From contig CAZXJN010000003.1 in assembly GCA_964641015.1 (NCBI GenBank), positions 1,819 to 65,818 on the forward strand: a stretch of 64,000 nucleotides of DNA, read 5' to 3'. Positions 1 to 9,848 of this stretch are shown in pieces (within the stretch, counting starts at the first letter, position 1; each line of letters opens with the position of its first letter). This DNA comes from an uncultured Candidatus Saccharibacteria bacterium (GTDB lineage Bacteria; Patescibacteriota; Saccharimonadia; Saccharimonadales; JACDBH01). Under the pieces are notes generated by a model. That model made no database searches. It worked only from the letters and a program-made list of their open reading frames with translations, and was not told where the DNA came from. The position numbers and the translations under genes are program-made.

Positions 1-5
1 CGGTA

Positions 6-215
6 TTGATACCATTATTTATCGGTGTAAAGCTTGATAAAAAGTTTGACACCAAGCCATCAATCACCTTGGCAGCATTCATTATCGCACTATTTGGTGC
101 AGGCTTGCTCATATCAAAGACGTATACCCAGATGCAGGCCGAGCAAGCGCTCGATGCTGCTAAGAAAGAAAAGCGGAAACTACGACTGCGACTAAAGAGG
201 AGAAAAGATGCTTAA
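6..215 (+). CDS. AtpZ/AtpI-like small membrane protein preceding atpB (probably 5'-truncated by the window edge)
   Basis: The frame is open back to base 3. It has a hydrophobic segment (PSITLAAFIIALFGAGLLI) followed by a basic tail, and it overlaps the atpB start as atpI/atpZ genes do. Confidence 0.5.
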   Translation: MIPLFIGVKLDKKFDTKPSITLAAFIIALFGAGLLISKTYTQMQAEQALDAAKKEKRKLRLRLKRRKDA

Positions 216-1038
216 CGTTCTGTCGATATTTGGTGCCAGCGAAGGCAGCGGTCCTGCAATCCACATGACTCCTGGAGAGTTGTTCAGAATTGGAGACCTG
301 GCAATTACCAACTCTATGGTTTGGGGGGTAGCCTCGTCGATTTTTATCCTAATACTGCTTGTTATAACTGCGCGCCGTATGACGATTCAGCCAAAGCGCG
401 GCTTTGTTCAGTTCATAGAAATCGGAACGGAATTTATTATATCAACTATCCAAGATGCACTGGGGTCGCGCAAAAAGGCTATAAAATACGCGCCGTATTT
501 CGTGACTGCCTTTTTCTTTGTGGCGTTTAGCAACTGGCTGGGCCTGATTCCTGGCGGCGGCGAAGCGATTGTCTACAACAATCAGCCGGTTGTTCGTCCT
601 TTTACCGCGGACCTTAACGGTACGCTGGCCGCCTCTATCGTGATGATGTTCCTCGTACAGTACTTTGCTATCCGCGAGCTCGGCGGCAAGAAATACCTGC
701 GTCACTTCTTTGCCGGCAGCCTCAAAAACCCAGCCACTTACCTGCTGGGTATCTTCGAGGTGTTTTCTGAAGTTACCAAGATCGGTAGTCTGGCGCTCCG
801 ACTGTTCCTAAACGTGGCTATCGGTGAGGCAATCATTGCGATATTCACCTATCTCGGCAGTTTTGCCGCCCCGATTACTGTGCTGCCTATTATGATTCTG
901 GAGATTTTCATTGGCGTACTCCAGGCCTATATATTCACTATGCTTACAATTATGTACCTGTCTGCGGCTATCAAACACAATCATGAGGCCGAAGAACTGG
1001 AACGCCACGAGCTTGCCAAACAGGCTGCGAGCGCATAG
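208..1038 (+). CDS. atpB: F-type ATP synthase Fo subunit a
   Basis: 276-aa polytopic membrane protein. It contains LALRLFLNV...GE, which includes the conserved stator Arg region. An AGGAG RBS precedes it, and it holds the first position in the atp operon. Confidence 0.9.
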   Translation: MLNVLSIFGASEGSGPAIHMTPGELFRIGDLAITNSMVWGVASSIFILILLVITARRMTIQPKRGFVQFIEIGTEFIISTIQDALGSRKKAIKYAPYFVTAFFFVAFSNWLGLIPGGGEAIVYNNQPVVRPFTADLNGTLAASIVMMFLVQYFAIRELGGKKYLRHFFAGSLKNPATYLLGIFEVFSEVTKIGSLALRLFLNVAIGEAIIAIFTYLGSFAAPITVLPIMILEIFIGVLQAYIFTMLTIMYLSAAIKHNHEAEELERHELAKQAASA

Positions 1039-1078
1039 GTAAGAAATTAACTAAAGTAATCAAAAGGAGTTTACATAA

Positions 1079-1285
1079 ATGGAACTAGAGATTATCGGCA
1101 AAGGCATTATGATGGCTTTCGGTATGCTTGGCCCAGCAATCGGTATCGGTATGATGGGTGCTGCATTTATGAACGCGGTCGGCCGCAATCCGGAAGCAGC
1201 CAAGTACTTTGGTCAGATTTTCGTGATTATCGCGATCGTCGAGCTGATGGCACTGCTGGTGTTTGCCGCATTGTTCATCATTTAA
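1079..1285 (+). CDS. atpE: F-type ATP synthase Fo subunit c
   Basis: 68-aa two-helix hairpin with a Gly-rich helix 1 (GPAIGIGMMGAA), an RNPE loop and a carboxylate in helix 2 (IVELMAL). RBS is AAAGGAG. Confidence 0.9.
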   Translation: MELEIIGKGIMMAFGMLGPAIGIGMMGAAFMNAVGRNPEAAKYFGQIFVIIAIVELMALLVFAALFII

Positions 1286-1410
1286 TTTGAGGGGGATTAT
1301 TGTATATAGCGCAGTTTGGCGAAAGGTCTCCAGCCTGCAATCACATACAAAGTTTCCAAAAGAGGCAACGAAAGATCTAATAACTGAAGTTGAGGAAAGT
1401 TACATAAACT

Positions 1411-1935
1411 ATGCTACCAACCTATTTTGCAGCGACGGCGGAAGAAGGCGGAATCCTGGGGTTCAGCGTAGAGGCGCTGATTATCCAGATAGCCACCTTT
1501 ATTCTGATATTTATCCTGCTCAAGAAATTTGCGTTCAACAAGATTATTGCCTTGCTTGACCAGCGTCACAAGGTAGTTAACGAGGGTGTTCGTCACGGTC
1601 TGCGCATGAAGCAAGAGCGCGAAAAATTTGAAAAAGAAACCGGCAAGATTGCCCGCGAGGCACGGCATCAGGCTGACGAAATTATTTCTGATGCTCAGAA
1701 AGAGGCCCGTGACATTATTCGCGAGGCTGAAAAAGCGGCCCACAAAAAATCCGAGATAATGCTCAAGGATACCGAAGAGCGTATTAACGAAGAAGTAAAG
1801 CAGGCCAAGCGCAAACTCGAACGTGACGTGGCTGAGCTTGTATCTGAGGCAACCGAAGCAGTCGTCGAGGAGAAGGTTGATGCCAAGAAAGACGCTGCCC
1901 TGATTGACAAAGCAATCAAGAAAGGCCGCAAGTAA
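1411..1935 (+). CDS. atpF: F-type ATP synthase Fo subunit b
   Basis: One N-terminal TM helix followed by a long charged coiled-coil (KEARDIIREAEKAAHKK...). It sits between atpE and atpH. Confidence 0.8.
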   Translation: MLPTYFAATAEEGGILGFSVEALIIQIATFILIFILLKKFAFNKIIALLDQRHKVVNEGVRHGLRMKQEREKFEKETGKIAREARHQADEIISDAQKEARDIIREAEKAAHKKSEIMLKDTEERINEEVKQAKRKLERDVAELVSEATEAVVEEKVDAKKDAALIDKAIKKGRK

Positions 1936-1946
1936 GGTAAGTTTGT

Positions 1947-2354
1947 ATGCAGGCACTGACACGCAAAGAGCTAGCTGAAGTTATCGGAGAAAAAACGATG
2001 CACGTTCAGGACCGTCAGGCGCTTGCCGCAAGTATCGCAGCTTACCTGACGACATCCGGGCAGCGGGTTGATATCGATTCCCTGCTGCGTGACGTGATGC
2101 AGTATCGGCTCGAGCGCGGTATTGTCGAGGTTGTTGCGGTGAGTGCCCATCCAATTGACGAGAATGGCATTCAGGACATACGGAATCTTCTGATGGAGCA
2201 TTTTCCGAAGGCAACTTCAGTGATCGTAAACAACCGGATCGACCCATCAGTCATCGGCGGTGTCAGAATAGAGCTACCCCAGGAAAGCCTGGATTTATCC
2301 ATAAAATCAAAGTTGAACACGTTTAAGCGGCTGGTCGCGGACGAAAGGAATTAA
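1947..2354 (+). CDS. atpH: F-type ATP synthase subunit delta (OSCP), unusually short at 135 aa
   Basis: The C-terminal half matches the OSCP pattern (IDPSVIGGVRIE...LDLSIKSKL). Operon position supports the call. The N-terminal helical domain is only about 55 aa. Confidence 0.65.
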   Translation: MQALTRKELAEVIGEKTMHVQDRQALAASIAAYLTTSGQRVDIDSLLRDVMQYRLERGIVEVVAVSAHPIDENGIQDIRNLLMEHFPKATSVIVNNRIDPSVIGGVRIELPQESLDLSIKSKLNTFKRLVADERN

Positions 2355-2357
2355 TGC

Positions 2358-3914
2358 ATGGCAACAAGTATGAAAGACGTATCGATTGCAGATCTCTCGG
2401 CTGATATCCGAGCTGCGATCGCCGAACTCAAAAAACGCCCTGATATTGAAGAGACCGGGATAGTTACTCGTGTCGGTGACGGAGTGATTTGGGTGTACGG
2501 CCTTACAAGTGTGGGATACAACGAAATGGTCGAGGTTGAATCTGTTGACGGCAGCAAGCTCACTGCATTTGCCTTTAACCTTGGTCAAGAAGAGATCGGT
2601 GCCGTGCTGCTAGGCGAAGACACGCAGGTGAAGGCTGGTGCCAAGGCGCATCGTACGGGCAAGGTTGTCGAGGTACCGATTGGCCCAGAGCTGATTGGTC
2701 GCGTGCTTGACCCTTTGGGTCGTCCGCTTGATGGCAAAGGACCAGTTAAATCCAAGCTGTTCGCACCCGCTGAACGCATAGCGCCTGATGTTTTGTCCCG
2801 CAAGAGCGTGCACGAGCCGCTGATGACTGGAATTATTGCGATTGATGCGATGGTACCAATTGGCCGTGGTCAGCGCGAGCTGATTATCGGCGACCGTCAG
2901 ACCGGTAAAACAGCGGTGGCGGTAGACACAATGATCAACCAGCACAGACAAGATACCGGAGTAATTAATATCTATGTGGCCATTGGCCAAAAGATGAGCA
3001 AAATTGCTCGCCTGGTAGAGCGCCTCAAGCGCGAGGGCGTAATGGAGCAGTCGATTATTGTGGCGACTTCAGCCGCTGACCCCGCCCCTATGCAGTATCT
3101 TGCCCCATATGCTGCGACTGCCATGGGCGAATATTTCCGTGATAATTCTCAGCATGCGCTTATTATCTATGACGATCTAAGTAAGCATGCAGCTGCCTAT
3201 CGCCAGATGAGCTTGCTACTCCGTCGGCCACCAGGACGCGAAGCCTATCCAGGTGACGTGTTCTACCTGCACTCACGACTACTGGAGCGTGCGGCCAAGC
3301 TCAATGATGAGCTTGGTGCCGGGAGCCTCACTGCCCTGCCGATTATCGAAACTCAGGCCGGTGATATTTCTGCCTATATTCCCACCAACGTGATTTCTAT
3401 CACCGATGGTCAGATTTTTATGGAGACCAATCTGTTCTACCAAGGTATCCGCCCGGCAGTTTCAGTCGGTCTGTCTGTCTCGCGTGTCGGTGGCTCGGCG
3501 CAGACAAAAGCCGTCAAATCAGTTGCCAAGTCACTACGCGTTGATCTGGCGCAGTTCCGTGAACTCGCGAGCTTCAGCCAGTTCAGCACCGATCTTGACG
3601 CGGACACCAAGCAGCGCATTGAACGCGGTCAGCGCCTGACCGAGCTGCTCAAACAGCCGCAGTTTAGCCCGTATGCCACCTGGCAGATGTACGTCATGCT
3701 GCTGGCTGCAACCAGCGGTGCATTTGATGAGGTAGAGGTGGCAAAAATAAAAATCGCTGAGGCTGCCCTGCTGCGCGAGTTCAAGAACAAGCACAAGAAA
3801 CTGCTCGAACTCATTGATGCTGGCAATGAGCCAGAGGACAAAGACCGCGACACAATCCTAAAGCTTGCCCGACAGGTTGCTGATAGCTATAAACCAGTGG
3901 AGAAAGAAGCCTAA
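2358..3914 (+). CDS. atpA: F-type ATP synthase F1 subunit alpha
   Basis: Walker A motif GDRQTGKT and typical alpha signatures ([30 protein letters not shown]). Confidence 0.95.
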   Translation: MATSMKDVSIADLSADIRAAIAELKKRPDIEETGIVTRVGDGVIWVYGLTSVGYNEMVEVESVDGSKLTAFAFNLGQEEIGAVLLGEDTQVKAGAKAHRTGKVVEVPIGPELIGRVLDPLGRPLDGKGPVKSKLFAPAERIAPDVLSRKSVHEPLMTGIIAIDAMVPIGRGQRELIIGDRQTGKTAVAVDTMINQHRQDTGVINIYVAIGQKMSKIARLVERLKREGVMEQSIIVATSAADPAPMQYLAPYAATAMGEYFRDNSQHALIIYDDLSKHAAAYRQMSLLLRRPPGREAYPGDVFYLHSRLLERAAKLNDELGAGSLTALPIIETQAGDISAYIPTNVISITDGQIFMETNLFYQGIRPAVSVGLSVSRVGGSAQTKAVKSVAKSLRVDLAQFRELASFSQFSTDLDADTKQRIERGQRLTELLKQPQFSPYATWQMYVMLLAATSGAFDEVEVAKIKIAEAALLREFKNKHKKLLELIDAGNEPEDKDRDTILKLARQVADSYKPVEKEA

Positions 3915-3968
3915 AGTGCTCGATATGAGAATACAGAGTTTAGAGATGAGAAAAAATGCATATGCAGC

Positions 3969-4003
3969 TTCTCTGTTCTCTGTTCTCTATTCTCTATTCT
4001 CTG
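3969..4003. repeat. Tandem heptamer TTCTCT(G/A) x5 in the atpA-atpG spacer
   Basis: Direct reading gives ttctctg ttctctg ttctcta ttctcta ttctctg. It is partly complementary to the upstream gagaatacagag...agagatgagaa at about 3929-3954. Confidence 0.8.
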
Positions 4004-4021
4004 TGTTGACCGGAGGTCAAG

Positions 4022-4891
4022 ATGGCTAGTACCCAGCAGCTAAAGCGCCGGATTGGCAGCGTCAAGAATACCAAGCAGATCACTAAAGCTATGGAGCTGG
4101 TTGCCGCCTCTAAAATGCGCAAAGCTACCGAAGCCGCTCATCGTGGTCGCGCCTATCGTCAGGCAGCACACAGCATGCTATCGCGGCTTACTGCGGTCAC
4201 TGAGATTAGCGAGCACCCACTTTACAGAACCCGTCCTATCAAAAAGCGTCTATATATCGTGGTGACCTCGGATCGAGGGCTGGCGGGTGCGTATAACGCC
4301 AATATCATCAAGCTGTTGACCCGTGCCGTTGCGAGTGACCGCAAGGCGGGCATCAAAAGCCAGGTGATTATTATTGGCAAACGCGGTGCACAGTTTTTAC
4401 GGAGAGTTGAGCATATTGACATCATTGCAGCCTATGCTGATTTTGGAGACAAGCCAGACGCGAATGACATTCGCCCTATCCTCGACACGGTCGTTGAGCA
4501 GTATCGAACTGAGGCGACTGACGAAGTTCGCATGCTTTACACCGAGCATAAGTCCAATATTACTCAGACTGCGCAGAGCCTGGCGATTTTGCCTGCTACC
4601 TTTGACGAAGAGCCGGCTGAAGAGCGAGATTTGAGCGATGTGACATTTGAGCCGTCGATTTCTGAAGTGCTCGAAAACGTGACCGAACGCCTGCTCGAGG
4701 TGCAGATTTGGCAAGCACTGCTTGAATCAATCGCTTCAGAACAATCCATGCGTATGCTGAGCATGAAAAACGCGACCGATAATGCGAGTGAGATTATCGA
4801 CGATTTAACCCTGGAGTTCAACACGGCCCGCCAGGCTAAGATTACCCAGGAGCTGGCAGAAATAACCGGTGGAGCGGAGGCAATAAAATGA
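4022..4891 (+). CDS. atpG: F-type ATP synthase F1 subunit gamma
   Basis: The N-terminal signature (IKNTKQITKAMELVAASKMRKA) and the C-terminal signature (ARQAKITQELAEITGGAEA) are canonical for gamma. Confidence 0.9.
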   Translation: MASTQQLKRRIGSVKNTKQITKAMELVAASKMRKATEAAHRGRAYRQAAHSMLSRLTAVTEISEHPLYRTRPIKKRLYIVVTSDRGLAGAYNANIIKLLTRAVASDRKAGIKSQVIIIGKRGAQFLRRVEHIDIIAAYADFGDKPDANDIRPILDTVVEQYRTEATDEVRMLYTEHKSNITQTAQSLAILPATFDEEPAEERDLSDVTFEPSISEVLENVTERLLEVQIWQALLESIASEQSMRMLSMKNATDNASEIIDDLTLEFNTARQAKITQELAEITGGAEAIK

Positions 4892-5181
4892 GTCTAGACA
4901 GTCAATTTAACGAAGCTCTTGTTCAGGTGCATGAAGCCTTTCCTACTTTGCATGACGAATGGGGTTTAATTAACGGGGCACAAGCCGATTCATACAGCAG
5001 TCTGCTTGAAGAGGTTTGGCGCATCGGCGCAGCTCAGAGCCCTACCGAATCTCTGACAGAGGTCATGCAGAGTCATGGTTTTGACTACGAGACGGGCCAG
5101 GGCCAAGTAGTTAAGATTATGTCGGAAATAGTGCTTGGAGTAAGCGCAAGGGTGCATTCCGTAGAAGGAGCGGTAAAATGA
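4888..5181 (+). CDS. Small acidic hypothetical protein (97 aa) embedded between atpG and atpD
   Basis: Its ATG overlaps the atpG stop (ATGA at 4888-4891), and its own stop overlaps the next ORF's start. I recognise no family. Confidence 0.5.
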   Translation: MSLDSQFNEALVQVHEAFPTLHDEWGLINGAQADSYSSLLEEVWRIGAAQSPTESLTEVMQSHGFDYETGQGQVVKIMSEIVLGVSARVHSVEGAVK

Positions 5182-5376
5182 GTGAAGTGATTGGCAAATT
5201 CCCTTCTGTAGACAAGATTCAAAAGCAAGTCGACAATGTGATTGATTATAAGAAAGCCCAGGACCGTCTGAGCAGCGCGGCAATTATTACTGCTTTTAGA
5301 ACTTCAGTCAAACAAGACGCTTTGGGTCTTGTTGGCTCTGATATAAATACTTCGGACTGGGATGGTGGAGATGCAG

Positions 5377-5384
<8 letters not shown>
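5178..5384 (+). CDS. Small acidic hypothetical protein (68 aa) in the atp operon
   Basis: ATGA overlap at 5178-5181 with the preceding ORF. It overlaps the next ORF by 8 nt if that ORF starts at 5377. Confidence 0.45.
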
Positions 5385-7045
<1,661 letters not shown>

Positions 7046-7046
<1 letters not shown>

Positions 7047-7246
7047 TGAGCCTGCAAGAAAGCTACACGCCCACAAAGACTAATCTGAATGATCAGCTGC
7101 CGCCAGAAGAGCGAGAGTTGGTTGTTTTAGGCGAGTATGTTGACCATGGCGGCGTTGCTATCATTCCCACCAAAGGGCTTTCAGTCCGGAGTGTTGAAGA
7201 TGCGGTACGGTATAACATCGAAAGAGAGCAGAGTTTAGGTGATTAA
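7046..7246 (+). CDS. Small acidic hypothetical protein (66 aa) between atpD and atpC
   Basis: Its start overlaps the atpD stop (TAATG at 7044-7048). Its 3' end overlaps the atpC GTG start by 8 nt. Confidence 0.45.
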
Positions 7247-7664
7247 TTTCCAGCTCATAAGCCTGGACGGCGTTAAATTCTCAGAAGAGGTTTACGAGAT
7301 CATCCTGCCAACCATGGACGGTGAAATTGGCGTGCTGCCTGGGCATATGCCGCTCGTGAGCGTGGCGCAGCGCGGTGTTATTTCAGTGCGCCGCAACTCC
7401 AACGAACCTGATGATATGATGATGCATTTTGCAATTTCCGGAGGCGCAATCGAAGTTTCTGACAATACTCTTCAGGTGCTGGTAGACGAAGCTGACGCAT
7501 CTGATGAGATTAGCGAAGAAGAGGCTCGTGAGGCGCACGAGCGGGCTCTAAAGCTCAAAGCTGAAGCTAAAGACCAGGTGTCGCTTGATCAGGCTCAGGC
7601 GCTCATTGATCGTTCGGCAGTCCGCCTGCAGGTCGCCAGCCTCAAGCATCGCCGGCGCCGCTAG
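7239..7664 (+). CDS. atpC: F-type ATP synthase F1 subunit epsilon
   Basis: GTG start. The N-terminal beta-sandwich pattern is present (GEIGVLPGHMPLV...GGAIEV), followed by a C-terminal helical hairpin. Confidence 0.85.
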   Translation: MINFQLISLDGVKFSEEVYEIILPTMDGEIGVLPGHMPLVSVAQRGVISVRRNSNEPDDMMMHFAISGGAIEVSDNTLQVLVDEADASDEISEEEAREAHERALKLKAEAKDQVSLDQAQALIDRSAVRLQVASLKHRRRR

Positions 7665-7952
7665 GGACTTCCCTGCTGGCGGAATCTGTTAAAACGCATT
7701 GCAGCCCTAATGAATCAATGGTAAAGTAGTGCAGGTTTTATGAGAAAAAATCTCAACTCTCCTGCAGTAAAAGAAGTCATAAATATATATGATACGTTCT
7801 TTTGCCTACCCGTAGATAACAGTTTCTATTGATCTCTTATTCAAACACCACTAAGCCGCCCCTGATTAGGGGATGGTTTAATTTTTTGGCTTTGTAAAAA
7901 AATAAGAGGAATATACATGGAAGTGTTAGCACCGCACCAGGAGGCTGAAAAA

Positions 7953-8963
7953 ATGAAAGAAGCATATACCGCGAGAGAGCTGGATATCGAAGCAGTTGCG
8001 CCGGAAGGCCTTGGTTATGGCAAAGGTAGTATTAGCGTAAAAAACCGCCGAGAGTCCGGCGACTTGCCAAAAGAGACGGAAGAAACCGTAAAAAAGGAGG
8101 TCCGAAACCCCGAGCGTCACGTAGTGGTTGAGTTTAATGATGACGGCTGCGGAGATGGTAGATATACTCGCCGTCTCTATGTTCTGGAAATGAAAAAAAG
8201 CGATATGTGCGAGACAAGCCTTAACCGCAGCGGGCTCAGAGCAAAAATATTCGGCGGCGGCTTGATTGTTGGCTGGATTGCAGACCGGGCTATCAGCGGA
8301 CCGGTTACCGAACAAGATACAGTTACGAGTGACAGGCGGACTGTGGCGGACAAATTAACCAAAAACAACATCAAATTCGGCGGTCACACCAGCGATCATG
8401 CGCCAGACGGAAAAACCGGTTGCGGGGCTATCGATCATGCTCCGGAAATCGTGAGGTCTGCTGTAGAGTTTGCCGCACAGATTCGTGAAAATATTACATA
8501 CCTCCGACCTGATATTTATAGCGAAGAAAGATTCGCTAAGGTTATCGATGTGTTCAGGTCTATGGCGGAGAGCTCAGCATACTTCGGCGACGGCTCTATT
8601 GAGGATACCAAGCGCATTTTTGCTGAATCCAAAGCAGTTATAAAGGAGCTTCAGGGCGATCATGCCGAGATACGGTTTGTACGCAATGAAGTTCCCGGCA
8701 CTACTATCAACCAATCCAAAATCGTTGAGATTACCAATGATATCGGTGAGATATTTGTCGATGATTCATGGCGCCGTGATATGTATGCTGATGCCTTAGG
8801 TAAAGGTAGCGAAGAAGATGCCGCTGTTGCTGCATTGGCAACAGAGGTCTGGACGCTGGCGGTGGCTGCCACGCTTACGGATGGCAGTCTTCCCGTCGAT
8901 AGGATCCGCTTAAAGGTTTCAGAGAGCGGGCTCTCTGATGAGGATGACCCCCTGGCTGCGTAA
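7953..8963 (+). CDS. Hypothetical cytoplasmic protein with Cys/His/Asp motifs (GCGDGR ... GGHTSDH ... GCGAIDH)
   Basis: AGGAGG lies 9 nt upstream of the ATG at 7953; the ORF track start at 7917 is less likely. I recognise no family and see no TM segment. Confidence 0.6.
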   Translation: MKEAYTARELDIEAVAPEGLGYGKGSISVKNRRESGDLPKETEETVKKEVRNPERHVVVEFNDDGCGDGRYTRRLYVLEMKKSDMCETSLNRSGLRAKIFGGGLIVGWIADRAISGPVTEQDTVTSDRRTVADKLTKNNIKFGGHTSDHAPDGKTGCGAIDHAPEIVRSAVEFAAQIRENITYLRPDIYSEERFAKVIDVFRSMAESSAYFGDGSIEDTKRIFAESKAVIKELQGDHAEIRFVRNEVPGTTINQSKIVEITNDIGEIFVDDSWRRDMYADALGKGSEEDAAVAALATEVWTLAVAATLTDGSLPVDRIRLKVSESGLSDEDDPLAA

Positions 8964-9046
8964 GTGTTGTAATCTGGTGTATAGTATTTGCAAAACTTTT
9001 CAGAAACCTTTATCGTTATAACATAAATTAATGGAGGGTTACTGTA

Positions 9047-9784
9047 ATGACAGTGCGATCTCGGATCGCGATGCTGGCAGCAGAGTTTTTGGGTACAGCG
9101 GTACTTGCAACTGTTGCTATTAACGTATCACGATCACAAATTGGAATTGGCTACTTTGTGGCCATCGGCGTTGGTTTGGCGCTGGCTCTGCTCGTCCTTG
9201 CATTTGGCAGGACGTCAGGCGCACATCTAAACCCGGCAGTCACAATTGGTTTGTGGACACTGCGTAAAATCCAGACTGTGCAGGCGATTTCCTACATCGC
9301 CATGCAGATGCTTGGTGGTCTTGCAGCTTGGCAGCTTGCAAACTACTTTGTTGGTCAAGAAATCAGTAGTATTGCGGGGGGTGAATTTGACTGGAAGGTA
9401 CTTGTCGCCGAGGCGGTCGGTACATTCGTATTTACCTTCATGTTTGCTGCGGCAATCTACCAAAATCTGGAAGATGGCAAAAGAGCTGCACTTATTGGCG
9501 GCGGCTTCTTCCTTGGTATTATCGCTGCTTCGCTGGCATCCAACGCAGCGCTGAACCCAGCAATTGCGCTTGGCAACCAGACGTGGGCTCGTGCATACAT
9601 CTTTGGCCCAATCATCGGTGGTGTTATTGGGTTTAATTTGTACGTGCTGTTGTTTGCACCGGTTTCATCGCTTGTGCCTGCACGCGCAAAAGCATCAGTA
9701 GCGACTACCGCTTCTGCTAAAAAGCCTGCTGCTAAAAAAACAACTACAAAGAAGAAGACCACCACCGCTCGTAAAAAGAAGTAG
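9047..9784 (+). CDS. MIP-family channel (aquaporin/glycerol facilitator) with a Lys/Thr-rich C-terminal tail
   Basis: Two NPA boxes (HLNPAVT and ALNPAIA) and six hydrophobic segments. The tail reads KKPAAKKTTTKKKTTTARKKK. Confidence 0.9.
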   Translation: MTVRSRIAMLAAEFLGTAVLATVAINVSRSQIGIGYFVAIGVGLALALLVLAFGRTSGAHLNPAVTIGLWTLRKIQTVQAISYIAMQMLGGLAAWQLANYFVGQEISSIAGGEFDWKVLVAEAVGTFVFTFMFAAAIYQNLEDGKRAALIGGGFFLGIIAASLASNAALNPAIALGNQTWARAYIFGPIIGGVIGFNLYVLLFAPVSSLVPARAKASVATTASAKKPAAKKTTTKKKTTTARKKK

Positions 9785-9802
9785 TTTCTTCTAGGCCTAT
9801 AC

Positions 9803-9836
9803 AAAAATAGCCCCTGGGACCCCAGGGGCTATTTTA
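9803..9836. terminator. Bidirectional intrinsic terminator between convergent genes
   Basis: aaaaATAGCCCCTGGgaCCCAGGGGCTATttt: a GC-rich perfect stem flanked by an A-run and a T-run. Confidence 0.7.
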
Positions 9837-9848
9837 ATATCCCAAAGC

